Assembly (NCBI GenBank): GCA_035305585.1
Contig: DATGOV010000020.1
Span: 39,325-103,324 of the forward strand
Direction: 5' to 3'
DNA: 64,000 bases
From: Acidimicrobiia bacterium
GTDB taxonomy: Bacteria > Actinomycetota > Acidimicrobiia > Spongiisociales > ZC4RG35
Part shown: positions 28,798-39,171 of the stretch, in pieces
Layout of the letters: every line of letters begins with the position of its first letter
Numbering within the stretch: position 1 is the first letter of the stretch
Notes under the pieces: model-generated
What the model saw: the letters and a program-made list of their open reading frames with translations, nothing else
Database searches by the model: none
Told to the model about the DNA's origin: nothing
Made by a program: the position numbers and the translations under genes

Positions 28798-29730
28798 CTC
28801 GGACAGGGAGTTCGCCGGCACCCGGAAGCGAGTCCCGGCATACGGAACCCCGCCACAGATCCGGTAGAGGAACGCCAGCCACACGCAGACGGCTCGCTCG
28901 GCGAACCAAAGCGGCGCGAACCACGACGTTCTGGCGGGAAAGAATCGGCGCCCACCGTGCCGCCTCCTTCCCGCCTCCGCCACGCCCACTGTCGCCAGCG
29001 CCGCCAGTGCCACGCCGCGGCCCGACCGGGCTAGGCGGGTCCACCCGATCGCCGGTACCACCGACAGGAACCCGATGAGCTTGCCCGGTTGGGCGAAGTC
29101 GTCGTAGGCCTGGCGGGGGCGCTGCTCGAGGAACCGCCGAAGTGTCCCGGGGAGGCGGCGAACATAGATGTCAGGACGTTCGGCGACCCGTCCCCCATGC
29201 GCCGTCACCGTCCGGATCAACTCGAGGTTCTCGTACATGACCTCGTCCGAGTAGCCGCCCATCGCAACGAAGAAGGATCGTCGTACGCCGAGCGTCCCGG
29301 GGCTGTCGGCAGCCAACGCCCGATTGAGGAGGGTGCGCGCCGTGTCCCATGCCGCGTACCAGGGCATCGGATCGAAGTAGTTCTGCGGTCGAACCAGGTC
29401 GGCGGTTCGCAGAGCCTCGCACATCGCTTCGAGTGCCGGACGCGAGTAGCGGACGTCATCGTCGGCGACGATCACTGCCTCGTGGGACGCAGCCTCCATG
29501 CCCACGTGGACGCCTATCACCTTCCCGTACCGCCGTGGCCGGTTCATCACCGGCAGGTGCCGCACGCGTGGGGCCCAGGCCTCCCGATTGGCGACGAAGA
29601 CATCGCGGTCGGACCCGTCCGCCACGATCACCTCGACGTGGTCGGACAGCCATCGCAGGTAGTCGGCCAATTCTTCGAGACCGGGCTCGTCGGCGGTCCG
29701 CCTGATCGGGAGGATGTAGGACGCTTCCAC
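28699..29730 (-). CDS. Family-2 glycosyltransferase with C-terminal membrane segment
   Basis: YILPIRR...VIVADGSD...VIVADDDVRY GT-A pattern, with a hydrophobic C-terminal third. Its 3' end overlaps the convergent CDGSH gene by 99 nt. Confidence 0.7.
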   Translation of the reverse strand: MEASYILPIRRTADEPGLEELADYLRWLSDHVEVIVADGSDRDVFVANREAWAPRVRHLPVMNRPRRYGKVIGVHVGMEAASHEAVIVADDDVRYSRPALEAMCEALRTADLVRPQNYFDPMPWYAAWDTARTLLNRALAADSPGTLGVRRSFFVAMGGYSDEVMYENLELIRTVTAHGGRVAERPDIYVRRLPGTLRRFLEQRPRQAYDDFAQPGKLIGFLSVVPAIGWTRLARSGRGVALAALATVGVAEAGRRRHGGRRFFPARTSWFAPLWFAERAVCVWLAFLYRICGGVPYAGTRFRVPANSLSELRRRAGPRAVTPVAHGSVAGKAAAAQGDHGTP

Positions 29731-29734
29731 TGGG

Positions 29735-30736
29735 TCAGGCTCGAGTGGTCGCCGCTTCGAGCAGGCTGCTGCGCCCCCCGCGCCACGACTCGAGCAACCG
29801 ATCGGACGCGGCCGCTTCCACGAAGGAGAGGGCTTGGGCGCCGAACAGGATGTCCGAGGCGAGGTCGGGCTCGTCTTCGGCCAGACGGCCGGCGAGGTCG
29901 TAGGTGGCGATCATCGAGTGGACGGCGTCGGCTTCCACGTGCTCGTCGTGGAAATCGGTCGTCTCCGGGCCGAAACCGAGTCGTCGGAGACCGTTGCCGT
30001 AGCGTCGGTTGGGGAGGGGAGACCCCAGCTCGAACAAGGCGAGATGGCCCACCGCCGCCGCGCGCCACCGGCGGTGGAGGCCGAACAGCGACATGAGATT
30101 GACGTTCGCGAGGGTCGTGCCGGGCACCGCCGCCAGATAGGCGCCGTTGCGGGTGTCCAAGCCCAGAGTCTCCATCATCGACACGAACAAGTGGGCGTGG
30201 ACACGCTCTGGCTTGCCGCCCCCGTATTCGTCGGCCTGGATCTCGGCGAACGCCGCCTTGGCGGTGCTCGACAGCCTCGGCAGGGCGAATGTATGGGGGT
30301 CGGCCTCTTTGAAGTGGTAGGTCGAGCGATGGACGACGAACTCCTCGAACTGGTCGAGGGTGGCCTCGTGTTCCATGTACACGCCGAACGGCGAGACCGC
30401 TTCGTCGAGATCGCGGAGCCGAGCCGGCACGTCCGCGGGGGCCACTGGCGTGGGGGGCACCGCCTGGAGGAGGGCGTCTTGGAAGGCACGCTCCATGCGA
30501 AGGCGGACCGCCAGCAGGTCGAGATCCCACTCCTTTTCCACCGGGACGCCCTCGAGGCCGCGGTACACGAGTTCGTAGCAGAGGTAGAGGGCGAGTTGCA
30601 TGTCGTCGTCGGCGAGCGGGTCGTCGGGATCCGGGGGAGGAGGCGAAACCGGCTCGTCTCGGGCGATGCGGATCACGAGGTCGGACCAGTCACCGCGGGC
30701 AGCGGGAATCGAAGAAGGAGCGTCGGACGGTCTCAT
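29735..30736 (-). CDS. Heme-oxygenase-like iron-containing redox enzyme family protein
   Basis: QLALYLCYELVYRG...AEIQADEYGGG....H..LF...M..LGL.....HLALFE....DEHVEADAVH helix-bundle ligand pattern. ATG 30736 is chosen because the longer ORF runs into sthA. Confidence 0.65.
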   Translation of the reverse strand: MRPSDAPSSIPAARGDWSDLVIRIARDEPVSPPPPDPDDPLADDDMQLALYLCYELVYRGLEGVPVEKEWDLDLLAVRLRMERAFQDALLQAVPPTPVAPADVPARLRDLDEAVSPFGVYMEHEATLDQFEEFVVHRSTYHFKEADPHTFALPRLSSTAKAAFAEIQADEYGGGKPERVHAHLFVSMMETLGLDTRNGAYLAAVPGTTLANVNLMSLFGLHRRWRAAAVGHLALFELGSPLPNRRYGNGLRRLGFGPETTDFHDEHVEADAVHSMIATYDLAGRLAEDEPDLASDILFGAQALSFVEAAASDRLLESWRGGRSSLLEAATTRA

Positions 30737-30770
30737 GCGAATCCGTATACCCTTCTCTGCCTGGTTCGAA

Positions 30771-32177
30771 TCAGGCTGGATCGCCGGCGCGATGTCTCGC
30801 CAGGTTCTGCAGGGCGTCGTAAGCGGCGTACTTGTAGAGCTCAGATCGGGTCGGGATGTTGAAGGTCGTGTGCAGGAACCGGTCGATCGGTCCCTTGGCA
30901 TGCATGACCGCTTGGCCGATGTGCACCAACTCGGCAGCGTCCTCGCCGATCACATGGACCCCGAGGAGACGCCGGTCCTCACGAGCCAACACGAGCTTGA
31001 TCATCCCGTCGGTCGACCCCACGATGTGGCTGCGAGCGTTGTGAGCGAACCAGGAGCGCCCCACCTCGTAGTCGATTCCGGCGGCCGCCGCGGACTCCTC
31101 CGTCATACCCACCATCGCCACCTCTGGAATCGAGTAGACACCCACCGGCGGCAGCCAGTCGAGCGTCAGGTCGAATGGAACTTGGAAGGCGTGACAGGCG
31201 GCGATGCGGCCCTGTTCTGCAGAAACCGAAGCCAGTGCCGGCGGGCCGATCACGTCGCCGGCGGCGTAGATCCGGGAAGCAGTGGTCTGGAAGTGCTCGT
31301 CGACGACGATCCGCCGTCGCTCGTCGAGTTGCACCCCTGCCTCCTCCAGACCCAGGTCGCCGGTGTTGCCGACCCGGCCGGCGGCGAACAGCACCTTCTC
31401 CGTGTGGAGCACCTGCCCCGACTCGGTTTCCACGACCAACGCACCGTCTCTCCGCTGGATCCGGGCTCCGGGGCTGTTGACGAGCACCCGCATGCCCATC
31501 TTCTCGAACGCGTCGCGCACCATCCGGGAGATCTCGGCGTCCATGGCTCCGAGGAGGCGATCGGCGCCATCGATCACTGTCACCTCCACGCCCAAGGCGG
31601 CGAAGATCGACGCGTATTCACATCCCACTGGCCCGCCTCCGATGACGACCAGGCTGGAGGGGATGGCGTCGATGTCGAGGATCGTGTCGGAGTCGAACAC
31701 GTCGGGGTCCTCGAACGGCACAGAAGCGGGCCGGAACGGACTGGACCCGGTGGCGATCAGGATCACGTCGGCCGTCACCACGACGACGTCGTCTCCTGTG
31801 TCGATGGCCACGGTGCGGTCCGGCTGCAGTCGGGCCGCCCCCCGCAACACCGTGACGTCGAGGCCTTCCAGATTGCGGCGGACCTCCTCACCCATCGTCT
31901 CGGAGACCTGGGCAGCCCGAGCACGGAGCCGCTCCAATGCGAAGTCCGGGGTCAGTTGGAAGCCGAGACCGTACACCTCGCGGCGTCGAAATCCGGTCAG
32001 ATACAGCGCAGTCTCACGCAACGTCTTGGTGGGGATCCCGCCACGGTTGACAGGTGCCCCGCCCAGCCTGGCTCCTTTGTCGACGACGGCGACGCTCTTG
32101 CCGAAGTAGGCAGCCAACGCCGCCGCCTTCTCTCCGGCCGGACCGGAGCCTACGACCAAGAGGTCGAAACCCTCCAT
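30771..32177 (-). CDS. sthA: Soluble pyridine nucleotide transhydrogenase-like flavoprotein
   Basis: FDLLVVGSGPAGEKAA FAD motif. NRGGIPTKTLRE occupies the position of the redox-active CxxxxC, as in SthA. ATG 32177 is preceded by GGGGAGG. Confidence 0.75.
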   Translation of the reverse strand: MEGFDLLVVGSGPAGEKAAALAAYFGKSVAVVDKGARLGGAPVNRGGIPTKTLRETALYLTGFRRREVYGLGFQLTPDFALERLRARAAQVSETMGEEVRRNLEGLDVTVLRGAARLQPDRTVAIDTGDDVVVVTADVILIATGSSPFRPASVPFEDPDVFDSDTILDIDAIPSSLVVIGGGPVGCEYASIFAALGVEVTVIDGADRLLGAMDAEISRMVRDAFEKMGMRVLVNSPGARIQRRDGALVVETESGQVLHTEKVLFAAGRVGNTGDLGLEEAGVQLDERRRIVVDEHFQTTASRIYAAGDVIGPPALASVSAEQGRIAACHAFQVPFDLTLDWLPPVGVYSIPEVAMVGMTEESAAAAGIDYEVGRSWFAHNARSHIVGSTDGMIKLVLAREDRRLLGVHVIGEDAAELVHIGQAVMHAKGPIDRFLHTTFNIPTRSELYKYAAYDALQNLARHRAGDPA

Positions 32178-32354
32178 ACGCGCCTCCCCGCGTCTCTGAC
32201 TACATGACGATAGGGCCGACACGGTCGGTCGACACCGCTGATTTCGGGGTCGATTCCACGGGCCTGCGAACGGCTCGATCTATACACTCGATGTGAGGCG
32301 GGGTACGAGAGGCGGTCTTCGGCTCCACCGCGTATCGACCGAGAGGCGGGTGCC

Positions 32355-33920
32355 ATGACCGAACGACCCCCGAAGCCCGGCGACTCCGGCGCCGAGTCGC
32401 ATACCTACGCCCTCCTCGGCCTCCACAAGATGGCGGGCGACTTCGAGGGGGTGGAGGTCCCTGGTCTGCGTCCGTCGTCGATCGGCACGCAGTTGCGGGC
32501 CGTCGCGGAAGCTCCCGAGCACGAGATCTCCCAGTCGGCGCGTCTCGCCGTGCTCCATTCGTTGGCCGAAGCCGGCTTTCCCGGACGGGAGGCACATGCG
32601 GCCGAGTACCGGATGCTGGCGGAGACCGTGGCCGGACCGCAGAACGTCGATTCCGACCGGCTGCTCGACGACCTGCGCCGCTCGGTGGAGACCCAGACCC
32701 CGTTCAGGGAATCCGAGGTCGGTCGCAACATCGATCACCACGTAGCCGCGTTCATCGGCGAGAACGTCTGTCATATTCGACGAGTCGAAGTCAACGGCCT
32801 CCCGGCGACCTGGATCTTCTCCGAGTTCGAGACCGACGCCCCGTTCGATGGCGTGGCGAACTGGGTCGACCCCCGCAACTGGCCGCAGCGCGGGCCGATG
32901 CTCTTCAAGAAGATGGACCTGGTGGGCTCGGCGACGCCCACACCCATCGCCGCCCTGTCAGAGGACCACTGGCACGGAGTCTTCCACGAGCAAGTGCAGC
33001 TGATCGATCGCGTCGACACGCTCCTCCATTGCGACTACTGGGAGGACGGCGAATCCGCCGGCATGACATACGACCTGGCGATCAGCCTCGACAACGCCCT
33101 GGAGGTGGACCGAGGCTTCCTCCTCGTCAACGACCTCGGCGACATGCGACGGGTGAAGGCATTGAAGATCGTCGGGTTCACGGATCGACGGTGGGACCGG
33201 ACGGCCCAGTTGGTGTGCCCCTACTGGACCGACTGGGTTCGGCGCGCAGTCGAAGGCGGGTCGTCGAGCACGCCCACGACCCCGACAGGAGAACCGACAG
33301 GGACTCCGGGGGGCTCCAGCGGTCCCATCGAAGACCTGATGAAAGCCTGGGTCGAGTTCTTCGGCGACGCGGCCGGTGAGTACATCGAACTCTTCTCCGA
33401 TGTGTTCGACCGCACCCGCGCGGGCGGATACTCCCTTTCGGACTGGCTCGAGGACGGGACCCGATATTGGGACCGCCTCGCCCGGGACTGGGCGAAGGCA
33501 TGGGCCTACGGGATCGACCTGCTGGACGACGTCGCCGAGGGCGGGTTGGCGAGCGATTTCAGCCCACCCGATGACCGACAGGAAGAACGAGCGCGGCCGT
33601 TGATGGCCACCGCCGCGGCCGGGGCTGCCGCCAACGCCGAGGGCACATTGGTCCCGGTTCGCGGTCTCCGGCCCGAAGACGGTCCGAGGTGCACCGAATT
33701 GGTGTCCATCGAAAGTGGAGGATTCACGATCTCTCCCTCGGATATCCAACTGTCCGTGGAGCAACTGGCGGACGGGACTTATGGAGTCCGCATCTCGACA
33801 GCCGCCGATGCGCCGCCCGGCCTCTACGTCGGCCGCCTGTCGAGTGCCGACGGGCGGACGCTCAGCCCGCTGCAGTTGTATCTGTCTCGTGCCACCAGCC
33901 GAGGAGCCACGGGACCATGA
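32355..33920 (+). CDS. Hypothetical protein (521 aa), first gene of a coupled five-gene operon
   Basis: Strong coding signal. I recognise no motif other than a possible SRPBCC-like core (NWVDPRNWP...) and a C-terminal beta-rich tail. Confidence 0.6.
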   Translation: MTERPPKPGDSGAESHTYALLGLHKMAGDFEGVEVPGLRPSSIGTQLRAVAEAPEHEISQSARLAVLHSLAEAGFPGREAHAAEYRMLAETVAGPQNVDSDRLLDDLRRSVETQTPFRESEVGRNIDHHVAAFIGENVCHIRRVEVNGLPATWIFSEFETDAPFDGVANWVDPRNWPQRGPMLFKKMDLVGSATPTPIAALSEDHWHGVFHEQVQLIDRVDTLLHCDYWEDGESAGMTYDLAISLDNALEVDRGFLLVNDLGDMRRVKALKIVGFTDRRWDRTAQLVCPYWTDWVRRAVEGGSSSTPTTPTGEPTGTPGGSSGPIEDLMKAWVEFFGDAAGEYIELFSDVFDRTRAGGYSLSDWLEDGTRYWDRLARDWAKAWAYGIDLLDDVAEGGLASDFSPPDDRQEERARPLMATAAAGAAANAEGTLVPVRGLRPEDGPRCTELVSIESGGFTISPSDIQLSVEQLADGTYGVRISTAADAPPGLYVGRLSSADGRTLSPLQLYLSRATSRGATGP

Positions 33921-36900
33921 CCGACCCCACATCGGCCGAAACCCGCCTGGGAAGACTCCTCGACCGACTGCTCAAGGCGGCAGAGGATTCGATGCATTCC
34001 GGGGACCTGGAGCAGGCTCGCGCCACGGCCGAGGAGGTCAGGGCGGTGGATCCCGACAACCGGCGGGCCGAGCGGATCCTCCGGTTGGTCGCCTCCCGTC
34101 AGCTGGCGCCGGCGGGCGAGAGGGCGCTGATGACGCTCCTCTTCTCGGACCTCGTCGGGTCCACCATGCTCTCGGAACGGGTGCAGCCCGAGGAACTGCG
34201 CGACCTGTTCGCCCTCTACCGGGCTGCCGCCCACGAAGCGGTCGAGCGCTACAGCGGCTCGGTGATGCACTACGCCGGCGACGGGATCCTCGCCGGGTTC
34301 GGGTATCCCAAGCCCCACGAGGACGATGCCCGCCGAGCGGTGCTCGCCGGCCTCGACCTGGTGACGGCCATGGCCGACGCCCGATCCGACCTCGAGCGGC
34401 GGTTTGGATCTGCAGTCGCCGTGCGGGTCGGCATCCACACGGGCCGTGTCGTCATCACCGACCTGCGTCGCAACGGCTCGGTGCGGGAGCGGGACAGCAT
34501 CGTCGGACTGGCGCCGAACCTCGCGGCTCGCATCCAGTCCGAGGCGGAACCCGACACCGTCGTGATCAGCGATGTCACCCACCAGCTAGTCGACACCGAT
34601 TTCGTCATGCACTCTCTCGGAGTTCGGGACCTGAAGGGAATCAGCCGGCCCGTCGAGGTCTACGTGGTGCAGCGTCCCCGGTACGCCGGCGCCCGCTTCG
34701 AGGCAGAGCGATACCGAAAGGGAGGGCTGGTCGGGCGCGAGACCCAGAAGCAGAGGCTCCTCGACGCTTGGGAGAAGGTGCGCGACGAGCAAGGGGGCGG
34801 CAGAGCGTTCCTCCTCGTCGGGGAGGCGGGAATCGGCAAGACCCGGCTCGTCGCCGAGGTGCTGGACCGCGTCGAGGCCGGAGGCGGGACCGCACTGGGG
34901 GCGGGCAGCTTGCCCTACTACTCGAACGTGTCGCTGTGGCCCATCACACGCGCCCTGGAACGGGCGATCGACGGGGAGGGCGACGAGGCCCTCGTCGCCT
35001 ACTTCGAGCGTCTCGAGTTGGATCCGGGCCGTTTGGTTCCTTTCCTCGCCCCGCTGCTCGGGGTCGACGCGTCGGAGTACCCCACGCCGGAGCTCGAGCC
35101 GAGCGCATTCCTCGACGAGACCCTCAACCGGATCGTGGAATGGCTCAGCGCCCTCGGGGAGTCGAAACCGCACCTCGTGATCTTGGAGGACCTCCATTGG
35201 GCCGACCCCTCGACGGTGACGTTGGCGGGACGTCTGGCGGCCAATTGCCCGTCGTCCGTCATGATGATCGCCACGACCCGCGACCCGACCACGATCCCGT
35301 GGCTGGACGACGTCGAGGTGGTGAACCTCGGGCGGCTCGACGCCGAGGCCTCCAGGCGCCTCGTCGAGAACGTGGCGGGGGGACGGGAGCTCAGCGAGGA
35401 TCTGCGCCAGTCGATCGTCGAGCGCGCCGCCGGTGTGCCGCTCTTCGTCGAGGAGTTGACCCGGTCGTGTCTCGATGCCGATCGCTCCGATCCCATTCCC
35501 CTTCGACTCCAGGAACTGTTCACCTGGAGGCTCAAGGCACCGGACGTCGATCTCGGCATCGTCCAGGTGGCGGCCACCGTGGGCCCCGGATTCTCAGCTT
35601 CCGTCGTCGCCGAGGTGGTCGGTGACGACGGGCGAGTGGCGGATCAGATCCAGGTGTTGCTCGACGAGGGGATCGTCGAGCCCGCGGTCGGTCCCGACTC
35701 CTACCGGTTCCGCCACGCGCTCATGCGCGATGCGGCGTACGAAACGCAGGTCCTCGACCTTCGCATCAGAACCCACGCCCGCCTCGCCGAGGTGCTCACC
35801 GCGAGGGGCGCGGAGCCCGCGGTCATCGCCGAGCATTTCGACCGTGCCGGCGATCCCGCTCAGGCAGCGAGCCTGTACCTCGTTGCCGGCCAGTCCGAAC
35901 AGGCGCGCGGCGCTCATACCGAGGCGGCTCGGCTCTTCACCCGCGCCATCGAACTGCTCGAACAGGTCCCCGAAGCCGAGGAGCGGGATCTGCAGGAACT
36001 GATGGCACGGATGATGCGAGGGCTGAGCGTCAGCTCCACCCAGGGGTACGCCGCACCGGAAGTACAGGCCGACCACCGGCGGGCCGAGGTGCTCGCTTCC
36101 CGGCTGGATGCCCGGCTCGAGGTCCTTCCGTCGTTGATCGCCATATGGGCCTACTGGCTGACTTCCGGTGACCTGTCGACGGCCCGGGGGTTGGTCGAGA
36201 GACTGGAGAACCTCGTCTCCCGCCCCGAGTTCGCCTGGTTCGAGCCCGAAGTCGACTCGTGCGCCGGGTGGCTCGACCTGTACCGAGGCGAGCTCGGCTC
36301 GGCCCGTGAGCACCTGGAACGCGCGGTGACGGGATTCAACGCCCGTCCGTTCGATCAGATCGTCTCCCCGTTCTGGCCGCTGCCCAACGACCCCGTCGCC
36401 GTCTCCGAGATCGCCCTCGCCTGCGTGTCCGCGATCCAGGGCGACCTGGAAGAGGCCGACCGGTGGCAGGTCGGCGCCATACGGCGTAGCGAGGAGGTCG
36501 GGTTTCCTCGCGGGCCGTTCAGCCTGGCGTTCGTGAAGACGTACGCGGCGTGGATCCAGCGCTTCCTCGGCGACCACGACAAAGCCCGGCTCCTCGGCGC
36601 CGAGGTCGTGGGGATCGGCCAGAGCTACGGCTACGCCTACTGGATGTTGCTCGGCTCGTCCTATGTCGCCGCCGGACGCCCCGGTGGGGCGCCGGAGCGC
36701 GGGTTCTTGGAGGAGACGATCGCCAACATCCGTCTGCTCGGCCAGGAAGCATTCGTCGCCTCCAACCTCTCCTACTTGGCGATCCTCAGCCACGAGGACG
36801 GCCTGGTGGAGGAGGCGCTCTCGCTCGTCGAAGAGGCGCTCGACGTCGTCGCCAAGACCGGCGAGTGCCTCCACCTTCCCGAGCTCCTCCGCCATCGTGC

Positions 36901-37147
36901 CCGCTACTCCCTGGAACTGGGGGGCGCCCCGACGGAGATCGTCGCCGACCTGCGAGAGGCGTTGGACGAGTCCCGACGCCAAGGGGCGAAGGTGGCTCAC
37001 CTGCGGGCTGCGTTGGCGATCGCCCGGCTCCCTGAAGAGCACCGACCGAAGGAGTGGCGGGAGTGGCTGGCTTCCGCCCGAGACGCGGTGACTGGAGCGA
37101 TAGGCGAGGTTCGAGAGGCTGACGAAGTCCTCGCCGGAGAGCGATGA
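33917..37147 (+). CDS. Class III adenylate/guanylate cyclase fused to a STAND P-loop NTPase and TPR-like repeats
   Basis: Cyclase motifs LFSDLVGST, GDGILAGFG, RVGIHTGRV. Walker A LLVGEAGIGKTRLV, then LEDLHWAD, then a long helical repeat C-terminus. I see no C-terminal HTH. ATGA overlap with the upstream gene. Confidence 0.85.
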   Translation: MTDPTSAETRLGRLLDRLLKAAEDSMHSGDLEQARATAEEVRAVDPDNRRAERILRLVASRQLAPAGERALMTLLFSDLVGSTMLSERVQPEELRDLFALYRAAAHEAVERYSGSVMHYAGDGILAGFGYPKPHEDDARRAVLAGLDLVTAMADARSDLERRFGSAVAVRVGIHTGRVVITDLRRNGSVRERDSIVGLAPNLAARIQSEAEPDTVVISDVTHQLVDTDFVMHSLGVRDLKGISRPVEVYVVQRPRYAGARFEAERYRKGGLVGRETQKQRLLDAWEKVRDEQGGGRAFLLVGEAGIGKTRLVAEVLDRVEAGGGTALGAGSLPYYSNVSLWPITRALERAIDGEGDEALVAYFERLELDPGRLVPFLAPLLGVDASEYPTPELEPSAFLDETLNRIVEWLSALGESKPHLVILEDLHWADPSTVTLAGRLAANCPSSVMMIATTRDPTTIPWLDDVEVVNLGRLDAEASRRLVENVAGGRELSEDLRQSIVERAAGVPLFVEELTRSCLDADRSDPIPLRLQELFTWRLKAPDVDLGIVQVAATVGPGFSASVVAEVVGDDGRVADQIQVLLDEGIVEPAVGPDSYRFRHALMRDAAYETQVLDLRIRTHARLAEVLTARGAEPAVIAEHFDRAGDPAQAASLYLVAGQSEQARGAHTEAARLFTRAIELLEQVPEAEERDLQELMARMMRGLSVSSTQGYAAPEVQADHRRAEVLASRLDARLEVLPSLIAIWAYWLTSGDLSTARGLVERLENLVSRPEFAWFEPEVDSCAGWLDLYRGELGSAREHLERAVTGFNARPFDQIVSPFWPLPNDPVAVSEIALACVSAIQGDLEEADRWQVGAIRRSEEVGFPRGPFSLAFVKTYAAWIQRFLGDHDKARLLGAEVVGIGQSYGYAYWMLLGSSYVAAGRPGGAPERGFLEETIANIRLLGQEAFVASNLSYLAILSHEDGLVEEALSLVEEALDVVAKTGECLHLPELLRHRARYSLELGGAPTEIVADLREALDESRRQGAKVAHLRAALAIARLPEEHRPKEWREWLASARDAVTGAIGEVREADEVLAGER

Positions 37148-39171
37148 CACCTCCTCGTGTCGCCATCCTGGGGGGTGGGATGGCCGGCTTGGCGACGGCG
37201 TGGGAGCTGAGCCGCGGGGACTGGAGGAAGGACTTCTCGTCGATCACCGTGTACCAACGCGGCTGGCGGCTGGGCGGAAAGGGAGCGAGCAGCAGGGGAG
37301 AGCACGGTCGCATCGAAGAGCACGGCCTGCACGTGCTGCTCGGGTACTACGACGCCACGTTCGAGCTCCTGCGGGAGGTCTACGCCGAGCTCGATCGCGC
37401 CACGACCGACCCGAACTGCCCACTCCGGAGTTGGCGCGACGCGGTCGAGCAGGCCCCCGACGTCGGCCTGACCGAGCTCCACGCTGGGTCGTGGAGGCAC
37501 TTCGTCACCCGTTTCTCGACCAACGACCGCCTTCCGGGCGAGCCGGGCGCGGCCAGCCGCCCCCTCCGGCCCCTCGAACTGGCCGTGAGGGCGCTCCGAT
37601 TGCTGATCGATTTCCACCGCGATGTCGGCGATCGGGGCGAGGTCTACCTGAGCGCCTCGCCGACACCTCGCGCTGCTCGCTCCGGGCTCGATCTGCTGAT
37701 GCGCACCGCTTCGTACACGACGCTCGGCGCCGCCCTCGAGGTGTTGCAGCGGGCCGCCACGGCGACGACTCCGCCCCGGTCGTCCACTGTCAGCAGGCTC
37801 GGAGCGATGCTGGAGGCGTGGCGATCCGGAATCCGCCGTGTCGTAGATGCCGACCCGACCGCACGTCGCACCTGGCAACTGGTGGACCTGGTGGCAACGA
37901 ACCTCGTGGGCATGGCAGCCGACGGCATCCTCCTCGGAGGCGACTACCGCCGGATCGACCACCTCGACTACCGAGACTGGCTGGCCGAGCACGGTGCGTC
38001 GGCGGAGACCCTCGACTCGCCGATCGTGCGGGGAATGTACGACCTCACCTTCGCCTACGAACGGGGCGACCGAAGCCGGCCCCGCTTCTCGGCGGGATTG
38101 GGCCTGGAACTCGCCCAGCGGATGCTCTTCGACTTCAAGGGAGCGATCTTCTGGCGGATGCGGGCCGGGATGGGCGAAACCGTCTTCGCTCCGCTCTATC
38201 AAGCACTGGCCCACCGCGGAGTGGCATTCGAGTTCTTCCATCGACTCGACGAAGTCGTCGTGGAGAACCGTGCCGTAGCTGCCCTCCGATTCACGCAGCA
38301 GGCCGAGCTGGCGGAAGGACGGACTGCCTACGAGCCTCTCATCCGAGTCCGGGGCATTCCTGCTTGGCCGGCGCGCCCGCTGGCCGCCCAACTCGCCGCC
38401 GATCCCGGCGACGACCTCGAGACCCACGGACCGAACCCGGGCGCGGGAACCCGACAGCTGCGGGCCGGCGAGGACTTCGACGTCGTCGTGATGGCAGTGC
38501 CGGTCGGCATGGTGCCCTATGTGGCCCGGGGTCTGACAGAAGCCGACTCTCGCTGGCGACAGATGGTCGACAACGTCGGAACCGTGGCCACCCGATCCGC
38601 CCAACTCTGGCTCCGCTCGTCCGAGCACCAGCTGGGGTGGGACGGCCCGGCGGGAGTCACGTTGAGCGGCTTCGGCGACACCTTCGACACTTGGGCATCG
38701 ATGTCACACCTCCTCTCCGTCGAGGAGTGGCCACCGGTCGACCCGCCCCGCAGCCTCGCCTACCTCTGCGGCGCGATGCCCGACGTCGGCCCGGGGACCG
38801 CCTCGGCGTCGGTGCGGGAGGCGGTGACCCGATTCCTCGACAACGACGTCGCCGCCCTGTGGCCCAGGGCTGTCGCAGATGGTGGATTCCGGTGGGACGA
38901 GCTGTGGGACGACAAGGCGAGGGTCGGCCCCGACCGCCTGCGAGCCCAGTACCTGCGGGCCAACGTCGACCCGTCCGACCGGTACGTCCAGTCCCTCCCC
39001 GGTTCGGGCCGATTCAGGATCGCTCCCGGCGACACCGGCTTCCGGCGCCTCGTCGTGGCAGGCGACTGGACCGCATGCGGCCTCGATGCCGGGTGCGTCG
39101 AGGCGGCTGTCCGGTCGGCTCGGCTGGCGGCCGACGCCGTACGGCAACCAGCCCGTTGGAGGGAACCATGA
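37144..39171 (+). CDS. FAD-dependent oxidoreductase, phytoene-desaturase/amine-oxidase superfamily (COG3349-like)
   Basis: VAILGGGMAGLATAWEL, GWRLGGK, EHGLHVLLGYYDATFELL. 675 aa. ATGA overlap with the upstream gene. Confidence 0.75.
   Translation: MTPPRVAILGGGMAGLATAWELSRGDWRKDFSSITVYQRGWRLGGKGASSRGEHGRIEEHGLHVLLGYYDATFELLREVYAELDRATTDPNCPLRSWRDAVEQAPDVGLTELHAGSWRHFVTRFSTNDRLPGEPGAASRPLRPLELAVRALRLLIDFHRDVGDRGEVYLSASPTPRAARSGLDLLMRTASYTTLGAALEVLQRAATATTPPRSSTVSRLGAMLEAWRSGIRRVVDADPTARRTWQLVDLVATNLVGMAADGILLGGDYRRIDHLDYRDWLAEHGASAETLDSPIVRGMYDLTFAYERGDRSRPRFSAGLGLELAQRMLFDFKGAIFWRMRAGMGETVFAPLYQALAHRGVAFEFFHRLDEVVVENRAVAALRFTQQAELAEGRTAYEPLIRVRGIPAWPARPLAAQLAADPGDDLETHGPNPGAGTRQLRAGEDFDVVVMAVPVGMVPYVARGLTEADSRWRQMVDNVGTVATRSAQLWLRSSEHQLGWDGPAGVTLSGFGDTFDTWASMSHLLSVEEWPPVDPPRSLAYLCGAMPDVGPGTASASVREAVTRFLDNDVAALWPRAVADGGFRWDELWDDKARVGPDRLRAQYLRANVDPSDRYVQSLPGSGRFRIAPGDTGFRRLVVAGDWTACGLDAGCVEAAVRSARLAADAVRQPARWREP

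Noticed and set aside
33689-33916. ORF-track 5' extension of the cyclase-STAND gene (start at 33689)
   Set aside because: The extension overlaps the 3' end of the preceding gene in another frame. ATG 33917 gives an ATGA overlap and a sensible N-terminus (MTDPTSAETRLGRLLD).
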